From the NCBI GenBank assembly GCA_963787835.1, contig CAWBEI010000003.1:256001-320000 (forward strand): 64,000 bases of DNA, read 5' to 3'. The position numbers and the translations under genes are program-made. Below, one piece after another: positions 49,334 to 58,007 of the stretch. The notes beneath the pieces are model-generated. The model searched no databases, was not told the origin of the DNA, and was given only the letters and a program-made list of their open reading frames with translations. Source of the DNA: Ignavibacteriota bacterium (GTDB taxonomy: Bacteria > Bacteroidota > Ignavibacteria > Palsa-1295). Within the stretch, counting starts at the first letter, position 1. Each line of letters starts with the position of its first letter.

Positions 49334-51613
49334 ATGAGAGCTTTCCTTCAACGCACGCTCTTTGTTCTTCTAACACTGCTCGCGGCGCGAGGGGATGGGT
49401 TGCATGCACAGTGGAAGATCGTAGCGCCGAATGTGGTTGCTCCAAATCCACAGGGAAACCAAGGTTATGGCGCAATGACATTTAAAGATGGAATTTTATG
49501 GGCTGGATTTTATAATCTCGCCTATAGCACTGATACTGGACGAAACTGGACAACTACGAGCTTACGAATTGATCAAATTAACGACATTTCATTCCTAAAT
49601 AGGGACAGTGGAATTATTGCTTCTACCTCTGGAACACTCCAAACTATTGACGGCGGAAATTCTTGGACATCAATTTTGGGACTTGGTTATGGTTTCAGAA
49701 TAATCTATGCCTCATCAACAGTACTATTTCAAAATAATGAAGGGTATGATTTTTATTCATCGCTAGACGGTGGACGAACATGGCGGCGAGCTAATTTAGG
49801 ATTTCCTACAGGAAATTCGTTTGCACTTGGTGCGGACGGAACGATATTATTGCTTGCTGGATCTGTCCCTAATTCCAGTCCTGCATTGAACGATGTCCTT
49901 ATAAGTAAGGATTCTGGAACAATATGGACCCAGGAGCCAGGTTTAGTTCAGTATGACAGCTGGTCAATTGATATGGATTCATGCCAAACGAATCTTTATG
50001 TTGAAAGTGAAGATTATTTTGATCCTGAAAGCCCTGACGACAGCACATCCACTCTATACTCAAGTAGCGATGGGGGAGAAACCTGGATAATAGGATTTGC
50101 ACATCATGTGCCATATTTGACAGGTGCTTTCTCCGAATCTAAGAATGCTCAGTTCGCATTGGCTTTAAACGATGGGGTTCTTCGCTCAACAGATCACGGA
50201 ATGACATGGATTAATATCGGGGGTCCTCCGGGATGTGTCGTAGACAGTCGAACGATTTGCGCTGTTAATGATAATATTCTTTTTGTTTTAGATTCTGCAG
50301 GGAATGTTTGGGGAACGTTCAATAGTGGTGGAGATTCTATTCTTTCTTCAAAACCATTTTTCGCGTCGCCCTACACCTTGTTTCAAATGGATACTGTCCG
50401 TTGCGACAGCATAACACGATCCACTGTTTTTACAAGACTTGGGTGCGATCCTCCTATTGCTATGTCTTCAAAAATAGTTGGACCGGATTCAGCAAGTTTT
50501 ACCGTGAGCAATTTTTCAGATGACTCTATTCAAGTGACCCTACATGGGACGCAGCAAGGCAGTAAACATGCCCTCATGATTCTTTCGATTGATAATGGTT
50601 CAAGCGATACAATTACACTTGCAGGCTTTGTCAATATTCCACCAGATAATTTGACCCTCTCAACAACGGAATTGTTCGGAACCGATTCAATCTCCTGCGA
50701 TACCATTACTCGTTCGCTTATTTATAACAATGGGGGGTGTTCCGCATTGTCTGTAGCGAGCAGTTCAATAATTGGTGCAGATTCGGCAAGTTTTAAAGCC
50801 AACAATCTCTCATCTGATTCAATATCTGTAGCGCTCTATGGCATTAAACAAGGCAATCAACATGCTCTGTTACTCTTAAATCTCAATAATGGCTCAAGCG
50901 ACACAGTCTCTCTTGCTGGCTATGTTAATCTTATTCCTTCTGCAATCACCCTCTCTACCCAAAACGTCCAAACCGATGTCGTTGGCGGGACTGTCTCGGT
51001 TCCCATAACACTCGTCAATTTGGAACGTCCGGAGAATGTCAATCTCATTCTCCATTACGATACCATACTCCAATATCAAGGTTCATTCAATGCGGCGAAT
51101 GTGAAGTTGGATATTCCTAACGAGCAGTGGCCAGGGCACTCGGAGCTAAATATCCCGCAGGCGCAATCGGGTGTGATCGCGGGCTACGCGCGCTTCACCG
51201 TCTTCGCGGATTCGGTTGCAAAACCGCAAGTTACATTCGATTCGCTGGATGTTCTCTCAGCGGTTTCTCCGTGCGAATACACACTGCCTGCACCGGCAAC
51301 GAGCATCATCACTCCGCCATACGGCTGCGGAACGACAATCCTTTCGCAATTTATAGAAGATAGTGATCGGCTAATACTCAGCATTCGCCCAAATCCAACA
51401 ATGGGCGATGTCGAGCTAACCTCCTCGCTCGATCTCGGCAATGCCGAAGTTGAAATTTATGATGTCCTCGGAGTTAAACGCGCAGATCTATGGGTCACCC
51501 TCTCGAAAGACGCACCCGCGCAATTTTCGCTGCCGGATGGCGCGGGTATTTATTATATTCGCATCAATTCCACAGTGGGCGTTCGTAGCATGAGTGGGGT
51601 TGTAGCGAAGTGA
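49334..51613 (+). CDS. BNR-repeat secreted protein with two tandem ~98-aa Ig-like repeats and T9SS CTD
   Basis: Asp-boxes (STDTG, SLDGG, SSDGG, STDHG). Repeat units start at 50378 and 50672, 294 nt apart. CTD IRPNP...GIYYIRI. Confidence 0.88.
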   Translation: MRAFLQRTLFVLLTLLAARGDGLHAQWKIVAPNVVAPNPQGNQGYGAMTFKDGILWAGFYNLAYSTDTGRNWTTTSLRIDQINDISFLNRDSGIIASTSGTLQTIDGGNSWTSILGLGYGFRIIYASSTVLFQNNEGYDFYSSLDGGRTWRRANLGFPTGNSFALGADGTILLLAGSVPNSSPALNDVLISKDSGTIWTQEPGLVQYDSWSIDMDSCQTNLYVESEDYFDPESPDDSTSTLYSSSDGGETWIIGFAHHVPYLTGAFSESKNAQFALALNDGVLRSTDHGMTWINIGGPPGCVVDSRTICAVNDNILFVLDSAGNVWGTFNSGGDSILSSKPFFASPYTLFQMDTVRCDSITRSTVFTRLGCDPPIAMSSKIVGPDSASFTVSNFSDDSIQVTLHGTQQGSKHALMILSIDNGSSDTITLAGFVNIPPDNLTLSTTELFGTDSISCDTITRSLIYNNGGCSALSVASSSIIGADSASFKANNLSSDSISVALYGIKQGNQHALLLLNLNNGSSDTVSLAGYVNLIPSAITLSTQNVQTDVVGGTVSVPITLVNLERPENVNLILHYDTILQYQGSFNAANVKLDIPNEQWPGHSELNIPQAQSGVIAGYARFTVFADSVAKPQVTFDSLDVLSAVSPCEYTLPAPATSIITPPYGCGTTILSQFIEDSDRLILSIRPNPTMGDVELTSSLDLGNAEVEIYDVLGVKRADLWVTLSKDAPAQFSLPDGAGIYYIRINSTVGVRSMSGVVAK

Positions 51614-51623
51614 TCGAGGGGGT

Positions 51624-51682
51624 GTCGGGCTGGAAGCACCGACCTACGCGAGGGAAAACGGACGTGCGCAGCACGTCCCTAC
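51624..51682 (-). repeat. Two tandem GTAG-family REP sequences
   Basis: Minus strand reads GTAGGGACGTGCTGCGCACGTCC and GTAGGTCGGTGCTTCCAGCCCGAC. Confidence 0.75.
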
Positions 51683-51717
51683 GGTTATCGGATTTTCAAA
51701 AATATTTTTGCATTTAC

Positions 51718-51746
51718 CTGACTTCGGCGTTTTAAGTGCGTATATT
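51718..51746 (+). promoter_or_regulatory. Sigma70-type promoter of repeated element, copy A
   Basis: CTGACT-17 nt-TATATT, aligned with the homologous promoter of copy B. Confidence 0.6.
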
Positions 51747-51751
51747 AGTAT

Positions 51752-51956
51752 CTACTTTGATAGGCACCTATATCAATTCCCGTTAAGAATTGAGAATTAA
51801 ACGTAGGTGCTACATTTGCTCTTTGAAAACCGTTGACATTAGTGTTCGTTATGAACGAGTTCTCTGTGAAAAGAATTTGTTGCAACAAATGGCGAAAACG
51901 GCTTGGAAATGACAGTTCATCGGGAACTCACAAGAAAGAAAAATGGCACCTATTTC
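51752..51956 (+). ncRNA. Unassigned structured non-coding element, copy A
   Basis: Shares identical 16-22 nt blocks with 56419-56640 (-). Stems GCACCUA/UAGGUGC and GAGUUCUC/GGGAACUC. Confidence 0.55.
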
Positions 51957-52027
51957 TGGTTGAAAAACAAAATAAAATTCAGGCGTAATCAAACGAGTAC
52001 ACCATGAATAGGTGTTAGCTGAGTTCT

Positions 52028-53248
52028 ATGGATTCACCAAGTCCCCTTTCCCCACGGATGATCACTCATCCTCTTCGCATCGCTCTTTTTGGCTCTACCG
52101 GCTCGATCGGCGTGAACACGCTGGATGTGGTGCGGCGGAATCCGGATCGGTTTGCGGTCACCGCGCTTGCGGCACACCGAAATATCGATGTACTTGCTGC
52201 GCAGATCGCGGAGTTTCATCCGAAGGCGGTTGCCGTCAGCGATCTTGACGCAGCGAAGGAATTGCGATCAAGGAATCCGGGATGTGAAGTTCTTGCTGGC
52301 CCGGAAGGACTCGTTGAACTTGCGCGGCGCGGCGAGTATGATACATTCGTTGGTGCGCTTGTCGGGTTTGCCGGGCTTGCCCCAACCGTCGAAGCAATTA
52401 AACTCGGCAAACGCATTGCATTGGCAAATAAAGAGACGCTCGTTGTTGCCGGAGAACTTCTTTCGAGCATTGCGGAACGTTCGGGAAGCGAGATCCTTCC
52501 CATCGATTCGGAGCATTCTGCGATTTATCAATGCCTCGTCGGTGAATCTCGCGAGAGTATTCGAAGAATAATCCTCACCGCAAGCGGAGGGCCATTTCGA
52601 ACGCTATCGAAGGAATTATTTCCCAAGATATTGCCGGAAGCAGCGCTTCGGCATCCAAAATGGATCATGGGCAAGAAGATAACTATCGATTCTGCTACGC
52701 TGATGAACAAAGGGCTTGAGATCATCGAAGCAAAGTGGCTATTTGGGGTTCCGCTCTCAAAGATCGACGTGATCGTTCATCCGCAGTCGATCGTCCATTC
52801 CTTTGTGGAATTGGTTGATGGAAGCATAAAAGCACAACTTGCCATGCCAGATATGCGTCAGCCGATCCAGTATGCACTTGCTGCACCCGAGCGATTGAAT
52901 GAATCCTATAGCCTGCTGGATCTTGCTACCAGCGGCCCGCTGGAATTCTTCCCGCCGGAATACGATAAATTCCCTTGCCTGACACTCGCTCGTAAGGCCG
53001 GTGAATGCGGTGGCCTTTCCCCCTGCATTCTGAACGCGGCGAACGAAGTTGCGGTGGAGGCATTCCTCGATCGTCAGATCTCATTTACGCAAATAGCCGA
53101 TCTTATAGAATCCGCAATGGATGCCCCCGAGCTTAATGCTTCAGCGATAGCAACTGAGGAACATGCTGCACTCGCTCAAATCATTTCATGCGATGCGGAG
53201 ACTCGGAAGTGGGCAACGCATCATTTACCATCGGTTTCCAGATCTTAA
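52028..53248 (+). CDS. dxr: 1-deoxy-D-xylulose-5-phosphate reductoisomerase
   Basis: GSTGSIG, ALANKETLV, PIDSEHSA and KITIDSATLMNKGLE; start is 52028 or 52058. Confidence 0.98.
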   Translation: MDSPSPLSPRMITHPLRIALFGSTGSIGVNTLDVVRRNPDRFAVTALAAHRNIDVLAAQIAEFHPKAVAVSDLDAAKELRSRNPGCEVLAGPEGLVELARRGEYDTFVGALVGFAGLAPTVEAIKLGKRIALANKETLVVAGELLSSIAERSGSEILPIDSEHSAIYQCLVGESRESIRRIILTASGGPFRTLSKELFPKILPEAALRHPKWIMGKKITIDSATLMNKGLEIIEAKWLFGVPLSKIDVIVHPQSIVHSFVELVDGSIKAQLAMPDMRQPIQYALAAPERLNESYSLLDLATSGPLEFFPPEYDKFPCLTLARKAGECGGLSPCILNAANEVAVEAFLDRQISFTQIADLIESAMDAPELNASAIATEEHAALAQIISCDAETRKWATHHLPSVSRS

Positions 53249-53900
53249 GCTGTTGATTCAGAAAATATTTCCCATTCCAGCCAGTGTTCAGCCGGACGAG
53301 GTATCCGATCTCAGGTGCATACCAGAAGAGGGTTCCATCCAGCCAATCCGTTCCTTCATATTGGCGAACATCGACGATCTGAAGTTTCGAGCATTGGTAA
53401 CTCTTTTCTCCGACGGAAACGGCATCCGAGCCAATGACCTGTGTCGTGCGCTGGTGCGGCATATTATAATCGCGACCATAAATATTTCCACTATCTGCCG
53501 GGAGTGTATCAACGATGATTTTTCCAACGGCCATCCCAAATGGGAGGCGGTTCCAGATGGTATCTTTACCAAGCACGCGCATAAAGATATCACCATTGGC
53601 GGCGTAAGAGATCAGCGTGGTATCCGGATGCGATTTCGCCACGATCACCACACAATTGGAACGTCTCAGCCATTGAACACCCGACTGGACAACGAAAAGG
53701 GTATCATCGTTCACCTCGGGATCCACGACCGATTTAGGAACGATCGCTCCCGAGGAGTCCGTCACATAATAGGTATTTACGATCATCGTGCCGACCGATG
53801 GCAGCACGATAGTGGTCTTGCTTTTATTATGAGACTTTTGCGCAAGCAAAATTCCCGGAGTGAGTAGCAGAAAAAACAGAACGATATAGCGATGAAACAT
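53181..53900 (-). CDS. Hypothetical exported protein
   Basis: Signal peptide; WYAPEIGYLVR resembles DUF3108-like C-termini. 3' end overlaps dxr by 68 bp. Confidence 0.7.
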   Translation of the reverse strand: MFHRYIVLFFLLLTPGILLAQKSHNKSKTTIVLPSVGTMIVNTYYVTDSSGAIVPKSVVDPEVNDDTLFVVQSGVQWLRRSNCVVIVAKSHPDTTLISYAANGDIFMRVLGKDTIWNRLPFGMAVGKIIVDTLPADSGNIYGRDYNMPHQRTTQVIGSDAVSVGEKSYQCSKLQIVDVRQYEGTDWLDGTLFWYAPEIGYLVRLNTGWNGKYFLNQQLKIWKPMVNDALPTSESPHRMK

Positions 53901-53939
53901 TTGATTTTACAGGTATAAGAAGAACGTGCAGAATGGACG

Positions 53940-55808
53940 TTAGTTCAGTTCTAAAGTTTCGTCAGGGGCTTTTGGCGAGGTGCTTCTCATCATCCAAACT
54001 TCAGTGGGATATGGGCCATGTGAAAACCGAGCAATCATAGAATCCTGCGCGGATAGAAGCGGGTCGCGACCCGCCGAACCATGAAAACGATCTATGTCTA
54101 ACTTCGACTGAAGCAAAATATACGAATTAGGTTCTCTCCGCATCCCATCCAGAATGCGGGGAAGCATAATGGAATCGGTAAGGTAAGTTCTTGGAAAATC
54201 GCTTCGGCCCAAAACGGCGAGCGCATCGAAGACAAACCCACCGGGAAACGTTGGCTGCTCGGCAAGCTTCGTTTCATCATCTTTCCCAGTGAGCGCTCCA
54301 TGACCGGCTATGCCATAAAGCGTGTAATCCGTGACGGCAAGAACCGAACCCTTCGGCAGATTTAGAGCACTCCATTGAACTGCATCGTTGGCATTTTGGC
54401 GAACATCACGAACTTCACGCAACAGGCGCTCTTCATGGACGATGCGCGGCCAAATTCCCACGAGGAGCATGCCAGCGATCACGATCAATGATAAAGATCC
54501 CATCCAACGAAATGCTTTCTTCATTCTGAATGGAAGGATCGCTTGCTGAATATCCTCCGCCCAAACGCACCATGCCCATGAAGACAAAATGGATGTGAGT
54601 AAAGCCGCTTCAGTAAGCTGAGTCTTTACTAATTGAATTGTGAACAGCAATGCGCCAATCGCAATGACCAGACATGCCGCAAAGGGCAATAATCGTCGAA
54701 CACGCTCCCGCTCCGGACCTGGTAGTGTAGCAAGCGTGACGACAATAAATGCTACAATGGGAACCGATATCAGAATATTTTGAAAAAGAAGTAAGCTGAG
54801 AACGATCGCAAGAATCGAAATCAACGGAACTTGCATTCCTTTCCGCACTTTTATTCGATGAAAAAGCATCGACCGTAAAAACGCATACACCAGTGGCGAA
54901 AAAAGCAGAATGCGAGCCGTAACGGAGAGATAGGTAGCACTGTAATACTCGATACGTTCACGAACAAAATAGCGAAGTTCCGGCGAATGTAATGGGAAAA
55001 ATCGATTGGCTTTTGTAGGCGAAACAAGTGCAACCCACGCAGTGATACCAAGCAAAATCGCATATCCTGCAATGGCAATGTATCTGTTCGATCGAGACGT
55101 TGCATCCCAAGCAACCCTGATATTTCCCAGCTCCAGAAGAAACGACCCGAATAACACCAGATGGACTAAGATAAAGGCTGGTTCTTTCGAAAGCACCGCC
55201 ATCGAACCAAGGCCCATTGCAAGCAACCAAAATCCTAACTTGGCTTCATAAAGACCGCGAAGCCCGAAATACCAGGCTGATGCTGTAAAAGCAATTTCAA
55301 GACCGAACGTTAGGTCGCTATACCAAAAGAAAATATTAAGTATCGGCAAAAAAGTCAGCCAATATAGCGCGATCGAAATTTCAAGTGCATACCATCGCTG
55401 AATGAGATAACGCGCTGTCAGACCCGTAAATGTGATACCAATAAGTAGCGTCAGATCGAGCGTCAGATGCCACCAGAACGGGTGTTCCCATCCCGCAAGA
55501 CGGGTAAGAAGAAACGCCGTAAGCGTAAAGACCGGACGAAAGCTGTTGATCATTTGCCCATTGATAGGATCGAGAATATCATGCGCAGAATGGGTTTTAG
55601 CCCACAGCATCAGCAGGACATCATCGAGGCGGAACGGCATTCGGTAGCGCGTAGTGAACAGCGCAAGAATGCCTACTCCCGCCAAAAGGAAGAATATATC
55701 GAATTTGCGTTTCAGGGGTGTTTTGTTTATGAATGCTTCGTTAGGAACACTGTGGTCGATATTTCGTTTAAGTTTTCTGCAAGTAGTTTGATGGCGCGCG
55801 AATTTCAT
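53940..55808 (-). CDS. Multi-pass membrane protein, possible GT-C glycosyltransferase
   Basis: DD after the first TM segment, FRP, LSKE motif and more than 10 hydrophobic segments; start uncertain. Confidence 0.7.
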   Translation of the reverse strand: MKFARHQTTCRKLKRNIDHSVPNEAFINKTPLKRKFDIFFLLAGVGILALFTTRYRMPFRLDDVLLMLWAKTHSAHDILDPINGQMINSFRPVFTLTAFLLTRLAGWEHPFWWHLTLDLTLLIGITFTGLTARYLIQRWYALEISIALYWLTFLPILNIFFWYSDLTFGLEIAFTASAWYFGLRGLYEAKLGFWLLAMGLGSMAVLSKEPAFILVHLVLFGSFLLELGNIRVAWDATSRSNRYIAIAGYAILLGITAWVALVSPTKANRFFPLHSPELRYFVRERIEYYSATYLSVTARILLFSPLVYAFLRSMLFHRIKVRKGMQVPLISILAIVLSLLLFQNILISVPIVAFIVVTLATLPGPERERVRRLLPFAACLVIAIGALLFTIQLVKTQLTEAALLTSILSSWAWCVWAEDIQQAILPFRMKKAFRWMGSLSLIVIAGMLLVGIWPRIVHEERLLREVRDVRQNANDAVQWSALNLPKGSVLAVTDYTLYGIAGHGALTGKDDETKLAEQPTFPGGFVFDALAVLGRSDFPRTYLTDSIMLPRILDGMRREPNSYILLQSKLDIDRFHGSAGRDPLLSAQDSMIARFSHGPYPTEVWMMRSTSPKAPDETLELN

Positions 55809-55839
55809 AATTCATACTTCATCATTCATACTTGCCCAT

Positions 55840-56338
55840 GGGGATGCATTGGCTTCGACGGGGAATACTCAGTCGATGTAAGCATGAGCGATCATGCTTG
55901 GTGCGCACCGAGTGGGGCCGCGAACGCTCGATCCTTAAAACTCCCTCTCCCTTTGGGAGAGGGTTGGGGTGAGGGGACTCAAACTCGCAGCAAAACATAA
56001 TTGCGAACACTTATAGCTACGCAATGGCTGCCTAAGCTCCTTTAGAGAAATCTGAAGTCGATGCTGCTATCTCGCCTAACAGCGGGAGGGTGCCCATCTC
56101 CGCAGGATCTTAGACCAGACGGTTCTGCAATGGAGGTGTCGCGGATGAGCGATCATCCATGTCAGGTCTCTTTCGGCAAGAACGCTTTTCGCTTGCTGGG
56201 AGTATTCAGGAAGAGCGGTGCTTTGGGATCGGTCGTTTCCTGCTATGGTCCTGGAACACGCTATTTAATCAGGAAACTATGTGCGTAGTGCCCATCGGTG
56301 GTGTTTTTCGGACAGGGGTTCGACTCCCCTCATCTCCA
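55840..56338 (+). ncRNA. ssrA: tmRNA (one-piece, ~499 nt), tag peptide ANTYSYAMAA
   Basis: 5' GGGGATG...GGCTTCGAC; 3' GACAGGGGTTCGACTCCCCTCATCTCCA; tag frame at 56003-56035. Confidence 0.95.
55941..55976. repeat. CCCTCTCCC...GGGAGAGGG palindromic element inside tmRNA
   Basis: CTCCCTCTCCC-TTT-GGGAGAGGG-TTGGGGTGAGGGG. Confidence 0.85.
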
Positions 56339-56347
56339 CAGCGAATA

Positions 56348-56380
56348 CAGAACAGCCCAATACGGGCTGTTCTGCATTTT
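56348..56380 (+). terminator. Intrinsic terminator hairpin after ssrA (possibly bidirectional)
   Basis: CAGAACAGCCC-AATAC-GGGCTGTTCTG-CATTTT. Confidence 0.75.
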
Positions 56381-56418
56381 AAAGAAGTAGGTCAGGCCAT
56401 TTCGTCCATTGTCTTATC

Positions 56419-56642
56419 GAAATAGGTGCCATTTCTTTTTCTTGTGAGTTCCCGATGTCCCCTGCTCATCCCTCGTTTCCGAGCCAATTTCGCCATTTGT
56501 TGCAACAGGTATTCATAAAAGTCCCTTCACAGAGAACTCGTTCATAATGAAACCTATCGTTTCCATTTTCAATGAGCCACTGAGCACCTATTCTTAATTC
56601 TCCATTCTGAATTGAAAACTGATATAGGTGCTCATCAAAGCA
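56419..56642 (-). ncRNA. Unassigned structured non-coding element, copy B
   Basis: The reverse complement aligns with 51752-51956; preceded by a near-consensus promoter. Confidence 0.55.
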
Positions 56643-56647
56643 ACAGC

Positions 56648-56676
56648 AATATACGGACTTAATTTGGAGATGTCAA
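56648..56676 (-). promoter_or_regulatory. Near-consensus sigma70 promoter of repeated element, copy B
   Basis: Minus strand TTGACA-TCTCCAAATTAAGTCCG (17 nt)-TATATT. Confidence 0.75.
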
Positions 56677-56714
56677 GGATTTCCAAAATTTTCTCATGTT
56701 CACCATCCAAGTTC

Positions 56715-56790
56715 GTGTGTACACCCGGTTTCAACCCGGTGTGTGATTCTAAACGGGCGGAGAGCAACGGGTTAAAACCCGTTGTACACA
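56715..56790. repeat. GTACAC-GGTT/AACC REP-like doublet (copy 2)
   Basis: GTGTGTACACCCGGTTTCAACCCGGTG...CAACGGGTTAAAACCCGTTGTACACA. Confidence 0.8.
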
Positions 56791-56896
56791 GGACAGGAGT
56801 CGGAACCACCTTTATCGGAAGAATCTTAGGGAGTAGTGTATTCCTTCATGCTAATCTCGTCTGTGAATTCGAATGGTTTTGAGATACTTGTAACTT

Positions 56897-57859
56897 ATGA
56901 TAAAAACATCGTCGTTCCTGATCGTGTGCGTCCTACTGATTGCTGGCCATCGTGCCAATGGACAGGAATTATTTTTAAAAGGCACTTTGAAAAAAGTAAA
57001 AGGTGAAAAGCCGCTCACAGTCGACAGTTTACCAACAGGTTGTCAGCTTCTCTATAATGAAGCTTTGTCTTACGATAATAATGAAGACTGGCAGATGGCA
57101 TACGACACTGCAAGGAAATTAGTCGAGCAATGTGCAAATACTAATTTCGGCCTCGGTCATGCAGCAGATGGTTTTACAGATATGCAACAGGCTGCTGACG
57201 GCCTTGGAAACTACGGCGCTGTTCGTTCAAATTTCTACGCGTGGTTAAAATCGGTGCTCTATCTAAACACGACAGATCTTGATTATTTCTGCTCTTGCGT
57301 GTACACAATGGCTGGCGAAGTACCGATCCCAAACCATATCTATCCCGATACCGGATACAATTGGAACCTTGCATTGATCAATTGGCTCATTAACAATACG
57401 AACTGCGATTCTGCAGGCCTTAGACAACTCTATAAAGGCTCCCGCACTACTCAATATCAAGACTGGTCAAATGCATCTGGTGAATACGCGCTTGACACTA
57501 TACTACCTCCGCTCGATTCGATTAACCCCGGCCTTAATGCATTGCTAAATAAGCATTTCCTTTATGCGAGTGTGAGTGAATCACAAGGGCCTGGAATTCT
57601 TTCCAATGCCACAGCTAACCCCAACCCTGTAAATGTAGGAACCGTAATTTCATTCGGCATCAGCAAAGAAGCTTATGTAAAGATCGAGCTGTTCGATGTG
57701 CTTGGCAAAGAGGCATCTTCTTATGGAGATGAATGCCTGTTCGAACCGGGAAATAAATCGGTTTCCTTCTCGCTTGCGGGGCTTCCTTCGGGCACATACT
57801 ATGCACGCATCATCACAGCGTATGGGGAAGTGCAAACGGTGAAATTGGTGAAGGAATGA
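56897..57859 (+). CDS. Cys-containing secreted protein with T9SS CTD
   Basis: Signal peptide (ANG-Q); CTD ANPNP...SGTYYARI...TVKLVKE. Confidence 0.85.
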   Translation: MIKTSSFLIVCVLLIAGHRANGQELFLKGTLKKVKGEKPLTVDSLPTGCQLLYNEALSYDNNEDWQMAYDTARKLVEQCANTNFGLGHAADGFTDMQQAADGLGNYGAVRSNFYAWLKSVLYLNTTDLDYFCSCVYTMAGEVPIPNHIYPDTGYNWNLALINWLINNTNCDSAGLRQLYKGSRTTQYQDWSNASGEYALDTILPPLDSINPGLNALLNKHFLYASVSESQGPGILSNATANPNPVNVGTVISFGISKEAYVKIELFDVLGKEASSYGDECLFEPGNKSVSFSLAGLPSGTYYARIITAYGEVQTVKLVKE

Positions 57860-57917
57860 CCACGATCTACAGGTTTAACATGATCTAAGCAGGTTTTTGG
57901 GAGAATGCATTCCACTC

Positions 57918-57954
57918 CAAAGCCCCGGCTCATTGCCGGGGCTTTGTTTGTTTT
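57918..57954 (+). terminator. Intrinsic terminator
   Basis: CAAAGCCCCGGC-TCATT-GCCGGGGCTTTG-TTTGTTTT. Confidence 0.85.
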
Positions 57955-58007
57955 AGGGACATCGAATATTTCCCAAATCAAGCGCCAGGGCCTTCACGGC
58001 CTTATTT

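Noticed and set aside
51944-51960. TGGCAC as a sigma-54 -24 box
   Set aside because: There is no GC at the -12 position in either copy.
51851-51988. 45-aa ORF MNEFSVKRICCNKWRK... inside element copy A
   Set aside because: Copy B has frame-breaking indels and stops after 10 codons, so coding is not what is conserved.
51718-56790. CRISPR array or tRNA/tmRNA-integrated island
   Set aside because: No regularly spaced direct repeats, no cas or integrase genes, and no duplicated 3' end of ssrA or tRNA-Asn was seen in the window.
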